Source: Lama glama
Taxonomy: Eukaryota
DNA: 64,000 nt
Direction: 5' to 3'
Assembly (NCBI GenBank): GCA_028534125.1
Contig: CM052817.1
Coordinates: 42,224,001 to 42,288,000 of the forward strand
Shown here: piece by piece, positions 51,991 to 64,000 of the stretch
How the letters are laid out: each line of letters begins with the position of its first letter
Numbering within the stretch: position 1 is the stretch's first letter
The notes under the pieces: model-generated
The model's database searches: none
What the model saw: the letters and a program-made list of their open reading frames with translations, nothing else
Told to the model about the DNA's origin: nothing
Translations under genes and position numbers: made by a program

Positions 51991-54552
51991 AGCCGTGGAC
52001 TCTTTTGAAGGGCCTCCATCAAACATGCTGGAGTCCGCAGCAGGAGTGAGTTTGGTTTTCAAAGCAGTGTTTTGTTTTTGCAATAACAAGGTAATTTATA
52101 AATGATGCATTACCATGCGTTCTCCTTTTTTTTTTATCTGAAAAGAGGAGAGTTAGAGAAGCAGCAAAGCAAAGAAAGAAGAAAGCACAGTCCTAGTTTT
52201 GGAGTTGTTCCACAAACCAATTAAATCTCCAAGGAGCTGCTTGTCTGTAATCGAGGTTATGTTAACCTTCAGACGGCGCAGTCCCTCATTCACCAGTAAG
52301 CAGACATAAATTAAAATAGGGCAATAAAAGAATCCCAGTAATAGTAACACCCGCGAAACACACCCACTATTTCTTTGTTTCTAAACTCATAGAGCTTTTT
52401 ATTACATGGAGGTGAACTAGAGTTAGATATTTTTCCCAGATGTATTTAATTTTTCAGTAAGACAAAATTTAGAAAATTGCATTGACTTTAGTTTTCTTCC
52501 TGTTTGTAAAGGCTTCCTACCTGTATTTGGATATTAAAAACCCAAAGTAAGATTTACATGTTAACGGAAGCATTTTTCTTTCTTGAGGAAGTTTCCCCCT
52601 CTAGCAACTAGAATCAGCCAGGGAAAAATGGAAGAATTTGTATAATTTTCACTGGGGAGGCTATAAAAACTCATAACTGTGCACACACACATATATGGCG
52701 TAACAGATTTGGTTAAAATATTAGTCTGACAAGTAAAGCTCCAGAGTATGGCCACGTAATAAAGATTCTACAGTAAACTGTTACCATTAATAATATTTAG
52801 GCTTCCTCACCTGAGGAAATAGCTGTGTGACCACCGCGATAAAGGAAAGGTGCTGACTCAAAGGTCTCCTTTGGAGTGGGGCAGCCAGGAAGCAGTGGCC
52901 CGGGGAGAAACGTTGGCATGTGGCAAAATTTTCATCAGTCAGTGGTGAAATAAGCAACATAAGTGCATAGTGAGTTTCCAATTAAGCTAAATTTATTACG
53001 TGGAGAGGACTTCTATTAAATGTACAGATATGATTTTCATTTTTTAAGATGACTGATGGTAGCTGCTTTAAAACGAATGTTCATCATGACGAAACTCAGT
53101 GTCAGCCATCTGATTTTTTTAAAATCTACAGGAAAAAACCCTACAAAAACCCAGCCTGAGCACAGGTTTATTAAGAACCAGAGGAGCCTGATAATCTCAG
53201 TGGCAAATGATTGCGGCTGGAGCCCTGGCTCACATCCCCAGTTCTAAATTTATGTTCCTTCCTCTGTCAGTCCTGCTTCTGAATTCTCATGCTCAAAACA
53301 GGCCTCACCCTCTTCAGTGGTGGCTTCTTCAGTGATTCTTAACCTCCCAGGGATTACTATGAACTCTGTCATGCTTACAAGTCACCCAGTGCCCTGTGCT
53401 GTTAAACCACTTCATCTTCAGGATGAAGAAGCATCTGGAAGGCAGAGATTTTGTGCCATACTGCCTTTGAGTTCCCCACCACGTTTGCAAAATGTAAACC
53501 ACTTGTGGGTATTTCTGAGCAGACTGAAACCTCCACTCAGACAGTTTGATATGTCACATGTTTTCAGTGCTTGGAATTATGCTGCTAATGACTGCACTCT
53601 TAAACTTAGTTTTTAGATTCCATCTAGACATTTTGTGTCATATAGCCAAACTTTGTAATAGATTTTAGGGGCTGTAAGATAGCCCTTTATTTTAGCCTAA
53701 CTCAGTCAGTCCTATTGCCCACAGTGCTTTCATAAATTTTCTTTTTCATACTTAAATGAGAGGGTAGAGAAAAATATAAATTTTTTTTAAATTGTAGAGT
53801 GATTGCTTATGTTTTATTTCTATAAGGATCTGAAATTTTAAATGGTGCGTTAGGTCAATTATAATGTGGCATCACTGGAAAAGAGTACCACTAAGCTTTT
53901 CTAGCCTTTATGTTACCACAAATCTCTCTCATTTTTATTATCTCTTGTCTATATTTCAGGGTATCCTTAAAATACTTTAAATACCCTATTTAAATTAGTA
54001 AAAGTAATTAACTTTGGTTAATACATATTTGAAAGACAAATTTTTACTAGAATAACTCAGGTTGTGAGCATGCCATTATTACTACAATCCCACTGCCTGA
54101 TTTATGAGTGGATGTGTATATGTGTGTGTGTATAATATGTTTAATATAAATATATGTGTATATATATTCCTATAGAACATATTTTCTCAGTGTGTATGTC
54201 ATCAACTAATGTCTGCTTCAGTGGAAAATAACATTCATAAAATAGAGAGCTTTTTTGATACCAGTTCATAGCTTAAATAAAGCCATCTCTTAATTATGCA
54301 TATAAGCTGGCAAAAGTGTTGACTCAGTTTGGTTCCCTAAAAGTGGAATATGGAATATGCAAAATGTAATTATTTAAATTACAAAAAAAATTAATTTTTT
54401 TCAAAGAAAGTATAAATAGAACTTAGACATTTAATTGACATTTTACCCCTGGTCCAAAATAACTTGTATTTAGTGGCATCATATAAATTTTACGTATTAA
54501 CCGGAAGTTTAGGTAGGGATATTTCTTGGTTAAAATTGATCAGCAACCTTTT

Positions 54553-54587
54553 TCTTTTTAACATTTTTTATTGATTTATAATCATTT
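54553..54587 (-). mobile_element. 35-bp extremely truncated L1 3'-end insertion with perfect 13-bp TSD
   Basis: TCAGCAACCTTTT at 54540-54552 and 54588-54600 flanks tctttttaacattttttattgatttataatcattt. Confidence 0.75.
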
Positions 54588-57500
54588 TCAGCAACCTTTT
54601 GATAATCAAGAAACAAAATTTATTAAGTTAGTGTAAATATCCTTTAATGCACTGAGTTTAGAAATAACTTTTTTTTTTTTGTCATCAGTGAGTTTTGGCA
54701 TACTAAAAGCTACTTTTAAAATATCAAGAGCTAATATTGGCTGTCCAGGGCTAAAAACATTATTTTCATAGGCTTAATATCCTACTTTGATGTAGGGCAC
54801 CTTGAGGACATCAATTAAATCATCCAATTGGGAGCAGAAATATCAGCAAACGGAATTTTTAACCCTTTTTTTCCCTGTTTTTGAGTACTTTTTGCACAGC
54901 TTTCATGTAATTTTAATTACGGAAGATTAAATTTATATTTCTTTAAATACATCACTTTACAATTTCTAATAATTGACAAAAATCTATATTAGTCTGCATT
55001 AAATATTCAGCTTTCAACTGAGAGCTCAAAAGATGCAGTCCAAGGAGGGAAAAACAGTGCATTATTTTCTAGACAGTTTATTATTTTAACAGAGTACATA
55101 ATAATGATGCCTTTGTGTCTACCAGACCCCCATTTATAAGTTTGGTTTAAGGAAACCATCATAACTCAGTTAAGGAAATTGGCTTGAGTAGGAAGCTTTT
55201 ATTGCCCCTTCTTAAAAATGAATTTATATTAACACATTATATAAATCTATACTTTTAAGGAGAAATAAATGACTTTTTCACTAAATAGCTTTCATTTCCC
55301 TTATTTCTAAATAAAACACTGTAATTTTTATAATATACACTTGTAAGCTCTAAGTAAATCATCTTTAAATTTGCTTCATATAATCTTAAAGTCTCCATTA
55401 GTTCCATTCTGAATCAGATCACAGCCTCTAACATTTGAGAAATTTGAAACTGTTGTACCTTCAAGGTATAAAATAAAAATGATTTACTATCCAAACTTTG
55501 CAAAAAATTACGTCTAAGACTGCCAGTGGACCTTCACTTATTTACCATTTTATTTATCTGACTTTGGATTAAAAATTAACTTTTTTATTTCAAAGAATTT
55601 TTTTTCTCCTTACGCTTTTTTTTTTCAATTAATGAAGTTGATGTAGAGTTTACAGACATTTCAGTAATTTTATTCAGTGATATACCTCATGTCTCCCTCC
55701 TTAGAGAGTTCTTTTCACTTAGAAAATGTAGGGGAAAAGATGGTTCTAATTTCCTAAACTTTAGATTTCCATAATGCTTCTTCAAAAGCAGGTTAGTGTA
55801 CTGAAAATAATATATATTAGATACGTTTTTCATAATCGTGTCCAGTATTAAGCACATTTTGGTTTGTAATTACACACACACACATACATATCATTTCATA
55901 TCATATCTTAATTGTCTAACAGAGTTAGTAAATCTGTAAAACATACTTCAATAAAAAATTCAAATAGCTCACATATATACATAACATACAGATAAAAGTT
56001 TGGGAGTAAAGAGCAGTTACTCTCCAATTACCTTTCTTTCATTTCTCTCCCTTCTCCTATCTCCTAACTTTGGTTGATGCCTAAGGTTTAGCCCTTGATC
56101 TTATGTTTTCTCTCATTTTACTTTCTCTAGGAGCATCTGGACTTTCACTGCTTTGCTATCATCATTATACACATGCTTTTTAGACAATTCTGTCCTCCCT
56201 TCTCAGTTCTACTTGCATGTCTCTGGAAGCTTACATGGACTTTCTTCTTGGATGTCCTGTTTTCACCACATTCTCTGTGCTTAACTGGACTAGCGTATTC
56301 CCTATGTATGGCTTTCAAATTTTATCTTTTCTTCCAGTTATTCTCACTACCCTTCACCTGATGCATCTAAGCTGAGGCCCAGCAGACCTCATGGTTCCCA
56401 TACCTCACTGAGCAGACTGAGGACCTTAACTTTTTAGTTCTGGGTGTGATGTCCTATGCTAACAAATCACAATACTTCCCTGCTATGTGCAGAAGACACT
56501 GATTCAGTGAGAACTGTATGTATCAGGGTCCCTTTTAGTTTTACTATAATTAAAAGTAAAAATGAGCTATTGGTGAATTTATGCAGTAAACTCTACTGAT
56601 TGTTAAGAGGTACATCAATTTGACTTTGTAGAACTTAAAAGCTTTTTGTTATTAGGACTTATAATTTTGTCTTCATGACTCTACCCTGAAACTAAGCTAC
56701 TGAAAAAATTAAGACATCAGAGCAGTTCTTAAATTTGACAAATTTGAATTATCTCTTATAAAGATGTGACTGAGGATGCTGGTTCATAAAAATATTATTT
56801 ATATGGAGCTAAGATTTATCACTTTGGGGTGATGATTAATTTTTAATTTATAATTAAATCTATTGAACATTTTCTGTGTTATAAAAGCCTGACACCATCG
56901 TTTTCCCTTGGGTTGAATTCTGAATAGATGAAGGCTTGTAATTTTTATTAATTTTCTTTACCAGGATATGTTTATTATTTTCATGCTTACAGTTGCATCC
57001 TTAGTTTTTCTAAAGCAGATTTCATCTTTGTTTCATATTTGATCTCAGAGAAGGTTTCAGTGACTGGACTTCTTGTGAGATGTGTATTCATCCCAGTGAA
57101 ATCATACATTATAATGTCAATCTCTTGCATTATCATCTTCTGTGCAGGCCTCTTTGTGGCTTATGCTAGCTCTGAGTGTCCTATTAGTCCAGTTTATAGA
57201 AATGCAGGCTCTTCTCAACAAACAGTGAGAAGGCTGACAACTGAATTCAGTTCCTACTCTCCAGAAGAAGTATGATGGCTTTATCTGTCCACTGAATCCA
57301 AATTAGGAACTAGTCCTATGCTCTTAACTAGATTAGTTCCCTTTCCAGTAACTGTTTAAAGGAGGGCAGCTGTCTGAGCTATTACTGGTTGTAAATTTGC
57401 TAATGTCTACTTTCTTCATGTCAGATGCAAAAGGCAGCAGATAGCAGGATGAAAGTTTCAGGACCTCAAGTTGTCACAGCCTGAAATGAGCATGGAAGTG

Positions 57501-59399
57501 TCAGTGGAGCTGGGCATTGAAGAGATGGGAGCAAGTGTTACTCTGGGGAAGAGGAGGTGACGTCTGTCATTAATCTTAATTGCCAAGAGTTTTAAATCTG
57601 AGTTATCCTTACTGAAGTTAAGCTCTTAATACTGTTCGTGCTTTGACATCAGATGCTGTTTATATGATAAGAAGTTTAGGAAGGAGGAAAGAGGGTGTGC
57701 TTGTGTGTGTGCATCTTACATAAATATTTTCATTTATATCTTTCAAAGATTTCCCTGGGTTAATATTCAGGCCTTCACCTTTTGACAGTTACTGTAGGGC
57801 AGTTAGGAATTACAGGCAAGTCACAATAAATCCAGATAAAATTCCTAGGTATAGCAACAGCAGTAAATCTGAATGATATTACTTTCATGTTTACCAGCAT
57901 ACAAAATACTTCACTGAAGAGGAAATGCTAGATTATGGGCTAAGACAGAAGGAGAATAGCTCAGGAGCAGAAAGGGGGAAAGAAGCAAATAAAAAGGAAA
58001 AAGAAATGAAGAATTGGGAAAAGATTATTCCTCTCAAAAACCTGCAGGCAATAGGAGAATTAAGTGTTAAGTAACTACAAAATATATGTTTTTCTGGTTT
58101 CATATTCCGCTATTGAGTCCCTAATCATTTGGAATTAAACAAATTGAACTTTCAAATGACTAAGCAGTCTTTACTTAAAGCTCTTTCCCCACCCCTCACC
58201 CCCACCTGCGCTATTGCTGTTCCACTCATGTTTGTCAGGTTAATCTCCCTTCACTATTAAATCTATGTTACTATTCCACCATACTTTTCAATGTGGAATT
58301 GTAACTAACTGTATTAATTATGAGTATGTTGACTTTGGAGACTATGGGAAAATAGCTAGCAATTCTTCTAGGGGAAATCTTCAAAAAGCAGATAAGGCTT
58401 AAAGCTTCAGAAATCTGATTTCAGAATTGTATTTCATATTCTCTATGCATTTGGACACAATGAAAAGGTCTGCAATGAAAATATACAACACACTAAAATA
58501 ATTTAATTTTTACATGTATATCTTACTTCTGATGATGGTGAACTGAATTTCAGTAGCAAGTTATAGGCAGTGACTTGAATATTGTTGTCTACAAATTTAA
58601 AATCACAGATTTGGTTTTGAGATATATTACATTTACTCTTTACAACAGTGTTTTCTTCCTTTTATGATGAGCTTTAAATGTAAATAAGATAAAACATGAA
58701 AATGAAATAGTGTTTATTTATCAGCCTACTTACTTTTGCACACAATGACTCCTGGAGAGGTAATGTAAAAATCTATAGGTATCAAGAGTTTAGATTTTAA
58801 TTTATAGGCCTTGAAGAGTCAGTAAAGTTTCGGAGCTGGGCAGTAACATAATCAAATGAAATTAGAATTAGGCTCTTGAAAGTTTCTCAAATAAATTTGG
58901 GACAGGAGTGGAGTTTAGCCCTATATCAATGTTTTTATCTTAATGTTTTTATCTTTATATAAGATCTTTCATCATGAGTTGCAAAAAGAATCACATGAAA
59001 ATTATGATATAGTAGGTGTGATGGGTTGTCAAGAGGTCAAGTGGTTTTGTGGATAAAATAACACTATTTTTTCCAACAGAAACCTCATCTTTTTTTTTTT
59101 TAACACAACCTAGGTTCATTAGCTAGAAAAAGTCAAACCTTTTTTTCTGCTTTTTCAGAGGTCTAGGAGTCTTCCTTGCTTCTTAGGAATATTTAGGTAG
59201 ATAACTGAAGCTCATAGTGGCAATATAAATGGACTTGAATGCAGGTGTTTATTCATATGTGCATGCATGCACGTGTGGGAGGGTGTTTTGTGTCTGATGG
59301 GGGTGGCAGCAGGGCATTTTGGTTGTTGAGGGCTCTCATAACTTCAGGAAAGAGGGAACACTCTTCTCATGGGAAATATTTAGGACTCTTTCCGCTAGC

Positions 59400-59585
59400 A
59401 GTCACTGAGCACCTACTATGTATCAGATATGTTTAGTTAGGTATGTTCAACTCAGTGTTAAGAGTTAGGCGTCATTTTCTTCCCATATTACAGATAAAGA
59501 ATATGAGACTCAGAGAAATTTAGTGAATTTGCGAAGGTTACATTGCTGAAAAATAACAGAGCCAAGTTTCAAACCCAGTTTTTCT
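59400..59585 (-). mobile_element. MIR SINE
   Basis: actgagcacctactatgtatcag...cccatattacagataaagaatatgagactcagaga...ttcaaacccag. Confidence 0.78.
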
Positions 59586-59803
59586 TTATTTCCTGTTCAG
59601 TAAGTGCCCCCATTATGCCAAGCCATCCTTGTTCAGGGCAACACTTTATTCTTCTCCCTGTTCAGTCAATAACTGACTAAATTAGGGCTTTTATACAGGT
59701 TGAGAAATACTTTTAAAATTTTCGGTTTTGAATCTGATTCTCTTGGGGCTAAAATGATCAATTTTGTATCTATGTCTGTATCGGTAAATTATTTTAGCAT
59801 GTA

Positions 59804-59974
59804 CAGTTGAAATTCAACCTGCGATTGGTCAAATCCACCAATGTGGAAACCGTGGGTAGAGGGAACCAATTGCTATGTCATTTTATATAAAGGACTTGAG
59901 TGTCAGTGGACTGTGGTATCCCCTAGGATCTTGGAACCAATCCTCTGTGGATACAGCAGGCAGAGGGATAACTG
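59804..59974 (-). mobile_element. TcMar-Tigger non-autonomous element (MER2-like), internally deleted
   Basis: TA-CAGTT...AACTG-TA ends, with internal ttttatataaaggacttgag and ttggaaccaatcctctgtggatac. Confidence 0.75.
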
Positions 59975-61190
59975 TATTCAGAATGCATGCATATTACCCT
60001 ATTATTTGTATATATATATAATTTAAATAATTTAATTATGCTTGCATCTGTAAATAAAAGATAATATTTAGAAGTGGCAGTAAATTCCACAGAAAGTTGA
60101 TAAGCTGTGAGGAATATGGAATTTTGGCATCATAAAAGACCTCAGAAGTTATGTAATTCAACCCCTTCTACTGAGACTTCCACCTCCACCTCAGTTCTGG
60201 GCTCCAAAATGAACAGCATGTTCAAAGGCTCAAAGAGGGATGAAATAGTTTGTATATTCCAGGAATTGCAAGTAGTTGCCTAGGCTGGAGCAAGAAACTG
60301 GAAGTTAGGGAGGTACATAATGGGAGGGGGACAGAATTACAGCGATTCCTAAAGCCCTAAGTGGCGTGTTGGTGAGATCACTATATTCAAGTGTTAGAAG
60401 ACATGGGATCTCTATTCTATGATTAGCTTGAAGCCTGGCGTAAGTGTCCTCATTTCTCTGATCCTCAGTTCTAGCATTTGTATTTAGAGAAATAAATGAT
60501 CACAAAGATATCTCAAATTTTTTATCTAATTCCAACCAAGCCAGCTCTATGAAGATGGGACTTTTTCTGTTATGCTCAATAGGATACCAGGACCTTGTGC
60601 ATTGCCTGTCGGACAGTAGGCTTTAATAATCTTTGAGGAATGAAAGAATTTCTGTAGGTAGAATGTTTGGTCCATTGTTTACAAGTATGTTTAAAGTAAT
60701 TCATACTTTTTTAGTAATTAGACATGTCACAACACCATCAATAATTAATAAATACATATAAGCATTTTACAAATTATTATAAGAATTTAAAAATGGCTAT
60801 ATCTCTCAATATTCTGAGTTGCACTAGAATAATTATAACAATGCTATGATTCTAGATCCATAATGAATATTTTGCTACTATTATGCTTTAAATAATTTGA
60901 AAATAACTGCACATGGAAGAAAGTAAAGAGAATACAGATTTACGAAAGAAAGCAGTATATTTAAATGTTATGCCAGTGTTCTGCCTTTATATAATAAAAC
61001 TTGTCTATTTATTGCTGCTTCTTTCAAAAAAAGAGGAAATATTAATGTGTGATACTGGATTATCTACATTGTCATTTTGATATTTTCCAATTTTCTGCCT
61101 TGTGTCACAACTGCAAATAATTTAAACACAGAGTTTCTTTTATTTAATACTGTTATAAGCAGTAAAGTACTAATGTGTTCCTGTCATTAA

Positions 61191-61211
61191 ATATATATAT
61201 ATATATATATA
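61191..61211. repeat. (AT)10 microsatellite
   Basis: Read directly. Confidence 0.95.
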
Positions 61212-61822
61212 GCTACATGGAACTGTTCTCCCATTGGGTCATTCTGAAATTGATTTTCCACCTTGGACTAATAGTAGTGGACAAATGTTAAATGAAAATC
61301 AATCACTTTGATTTAAATAAGCTAAATACATTCCTTTTATTAAGTGGTCTTTTTCCCTACAGCTAACTGGATGACAAATAACATTTGTGGTGACCTCTAG
61401 CCTTTAATGAATGATTTTAACTTAACTCTCTAAGGAAAATGGCTTGATCATAATTTTATTCTTATAATAGAATTATCCCACTCTTGATCTAGTTAAAGTA
61501 TTTTTAGATATTATTTATAAATATAAAAATTCTTATTTAATATTATTTTAACCACAAATTTTTAGACCATCCTTATTTCAAATGTATATCAGAAATATTT
61601 CATTATAAATACAGTGGATATAAGTAGCAACATGTTATTGGGAAGTACAAGGATCTAGCAAAACATGGAAACACAGCAGTCTTTTCTTTTTTGATTGAAT
61701 ATTTATTAATTTTCTTTTACTTGTCAGTGTGTTTAATCTGCATGGATTTTAGGCACTGATTTTTCAGTTCACTTTGGTAGAACTTATATTTGGTCAAGAG
61801 ATTGAAGTATGCATTTTATATC

Positions 61823-62418
61823 TTTATTTATTTTAATTTTTTAAGATTGAAATGTAGTTGGTAGTTGTGTTAATTTCAGGTGTACAGCAAAGTGATTCAG
61901 TTATATATATGTGTGTGTGTATATGTGTGCATATATATATATATTTTTTTTCCATTATATGTTATTACAAGATATTGAATATAGCTCCCTGTACTATACA
62001 GTAGATCCTTGTCTGTTTTATATACAATAGTGCATATATGTTAATCCCAAATACAAATTTATCCCCCCTTTTCCCTTTGGTAATCATAAGCTTCTTTGCT
62101 ATATCTGTGAGTCTATTTCTGCCTTGCAAATAAGTTCATTTGTATCATTTTTTTTAGATTCCATATATAAGTGATATCATATAATATTCTTCTTTGTCTG
62201 AATTACTTCACTTAATATGATAATCTCCAGGTCCATTCATGTTGCTAAAAATGGCATTATTTCATTCTTTGTTATGGCTGAGTAATATTCCATTATTTAT
62301 GTATACCACATCTTCTTTATCCAGTCATCTGTCCATGGACATTTAGGTTGTTTCCATGTCTTGGCTTATTGTAAATAGTGCTGCTGTGAATATTGGGTGC
62401 ATGTTATCTTTTCAAATT
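61823..62418 (-). mobile_element. LINE-1 3' end (end of ORF2, 3'UTR and A-rich tail), antisense
   Basis: Typical L1 3' text: tccattcatgttgctaaaaatggcattatttcattc and ggacatttaggttgtttccatgtcttggc. T-rich tail at the left end. Confidence 0.92.
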
Positions 62419-63068
62419 CTCCAGGATAGATCACATGCTAGGCCACAAAGCAAGCCTCAGTAAATTTAAGAACATTGAAACCATGTTTAAGCATATTTTC
62501 TGACCACAAAAACTATAGGATTAGAAATCAACTATAGGAAAAAAAACTGCAAAATATACAAACACATGGAGTCTAAACAATATGCTACTAAACAATCAAT
62601 GGATTCCTGAAGAAATCAAAGAAGAAATCAAAATACCTAGAGATAAATGAATATGAAAACACGACAATTCAAAACCTATGGAACACAGCAAAAGCAGTTC
62701 TAAGAGGGAAGTTTGGAGCAATACAAGCTTGCCTCAGGCCACAAGAAAAATCTCAAATAAACAACCTAACCTTACACCTAAAGCAACTAGAGAAAAAAGA
62801 ACAAACAAAACCCAAAGATTGTGGAGACAAAGAAATCATAAAAATTAGAGCAGAAATAAATGAAATGGAGACTGAAAAAAAAAAAAGCCCAATAGAAAAG
62901 ATAAGTGAAATTAAAAGCTGGTTCTTTGAAAAGATAAACAAAATTGATAGTCTTTTACCCAGACTCATCAACAAAAAAAAGAGAGAGAAAAGGCCCAAGT
63001 CAATGAAACCTGAAATGAAAAAGGAGAAGTTACAACTGATGCCACAGAAATACGAAGGATCATAAGAC
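62416..63068 (+). mobile_element. LINE-1 ORF2 fragment (end of endonuclease domain and downstream linker), sense
   Basis: Encodes SRIDHMLGHKASLSKFKNIE and KSWFFEKINKID (supplied ORF 62865..63065), diagnostic L1 ORF2 peptides, with frameshifts. Confidence 0.94.
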
Positions 63069-63324
63069 ACAGAGCAATCTTAAACTTCATTTTTACAAGA
63101 AAAGCTAAAAAATCAAGAAAGATGCCAATGTAACATGTAGCTTAGATAATTATATTGATATTATGATAGTGTAGGATCCAAAACTGTGAAAGACAATATG
63201 GAAAGTCAAAACTTGAAGAAGATACTTAACTAAGAAATTGAGCATAGTTCTAAGGAAGTCAACATACATTACCATCATTATTAATATTTTCATCAATAAT
63301 AAAAACCACCATAATCTCCAGAGC

Positions 63325-63470
63325 AACAGCTGTGTGCCAGGCACTGTGCTAGTGACCTTACATGTGTTATTGTAATTCTCAAAACAACTCACTGTCCTTA
63401 TCCCATTTTATGGGTAAGGTGGCTAAGGCTCAGAAAAGCCAAATAATGCCAATGTCACACACATAGGTGG
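63325..63470 (-). mobile_element. MIR SINE
   Basis: tgtgtgccaggcactgtgctag...ttatcccattttatgggtaaggtggctaaggctcaga. Confidence 0.75.
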
Positions 63471-64000
63471 TGAGTGAGTGGTGTTAAGTTCTTTTGAACT
63501 TTAAATAAGTTAAAGTAAAATGTAGTATACCATTTAAATTCTGCTTTACGTTTTAAAATTAATTGACCAATTATATAGAAAATGCACTACTGTTCAGAAT
63601 TCAGTGTTTTAGTTGCAATTTTTAGCCCCCTGGAATGAATTGAGAAAATTATAACAATGAAATTAAATTGCAAAGTCCAACATAGAAATGGGAATTTCTA
63701 GTCAGCTATTATGTAACATAGGAATTACTAGTGACTATTTAAATATAAAATAAATAAAATGTAAGTGTTAAGTATTTTAATAACTTTTTTTGTAAATACT
63801 AGAGTCAGAAAATTATCTGTGGATTTTTGAGGGGCACCTACAGATATTGTACAAGAGCCAAGGCTTAGTAACAATTATAAACATGTATTTTCCTTTAAAA
63901 AAGGAATGAAATATAATTAGTGGTAGAAAATGTATTGACAAGTTACTCTTAATATAAAACTTTTCAAATTGATTGTTACTTCTAATCTCTAAAATCAAAC

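Noticed and set aside
62753..63070. 105-aa hydrophobic minus-strand ORF resembling a membrane protein
   Set aside because: It is the antisense reading of A-rich L1 ORF2, a well-known artefact.
45867..64000. Search for the distal last ANTXR2 exon (GRCINFSRVPSQ-like)
   Set aside because: No matching exon seen by eye. It is presumed to lie downstream of the window, so no feature was called.

Overview
Mammalian genomic DNA, AT-rich and intron-dominated, with no prokaryotic features. The whole window lies inside ANTXR2 (CMG2, anthrax toxin receptor 2) on the + strand. Eight coding exons were found by manual translation and GT-AG boundaries; in human numbering (recalled) they are exons 8, 9, 10, 12, 13, 14, 15 and 16. 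They encode the Ig-like stalk, the transmembrane helix and the cytoplasmic tail. Exon 11 is required by splice phase but was not found, and most likely lies in the 500-N assembly gap at 17766-18265. Exons 1-7 and the distal last exon appear to be outside the window. The introns hold two processed pseudogenes (a 5'-truncated antisense CDC20 copy and a full-length sense HSPE1 copy with a perfect 13-bp target-site duplication), L1, L2, MIR, MaLR and DNA-transposon remnants, microsatellites, and a CpG island at about 51.3-52.0 kb. Young L1 3' ends resemble camelid L1 and no Alu or Bov-type SINEs were seen, so a camelid is my inference for the species. Almost all ORFs in the supplied track are spurious. 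I found no convincing previously undescribed system; the findings are testable local observations.
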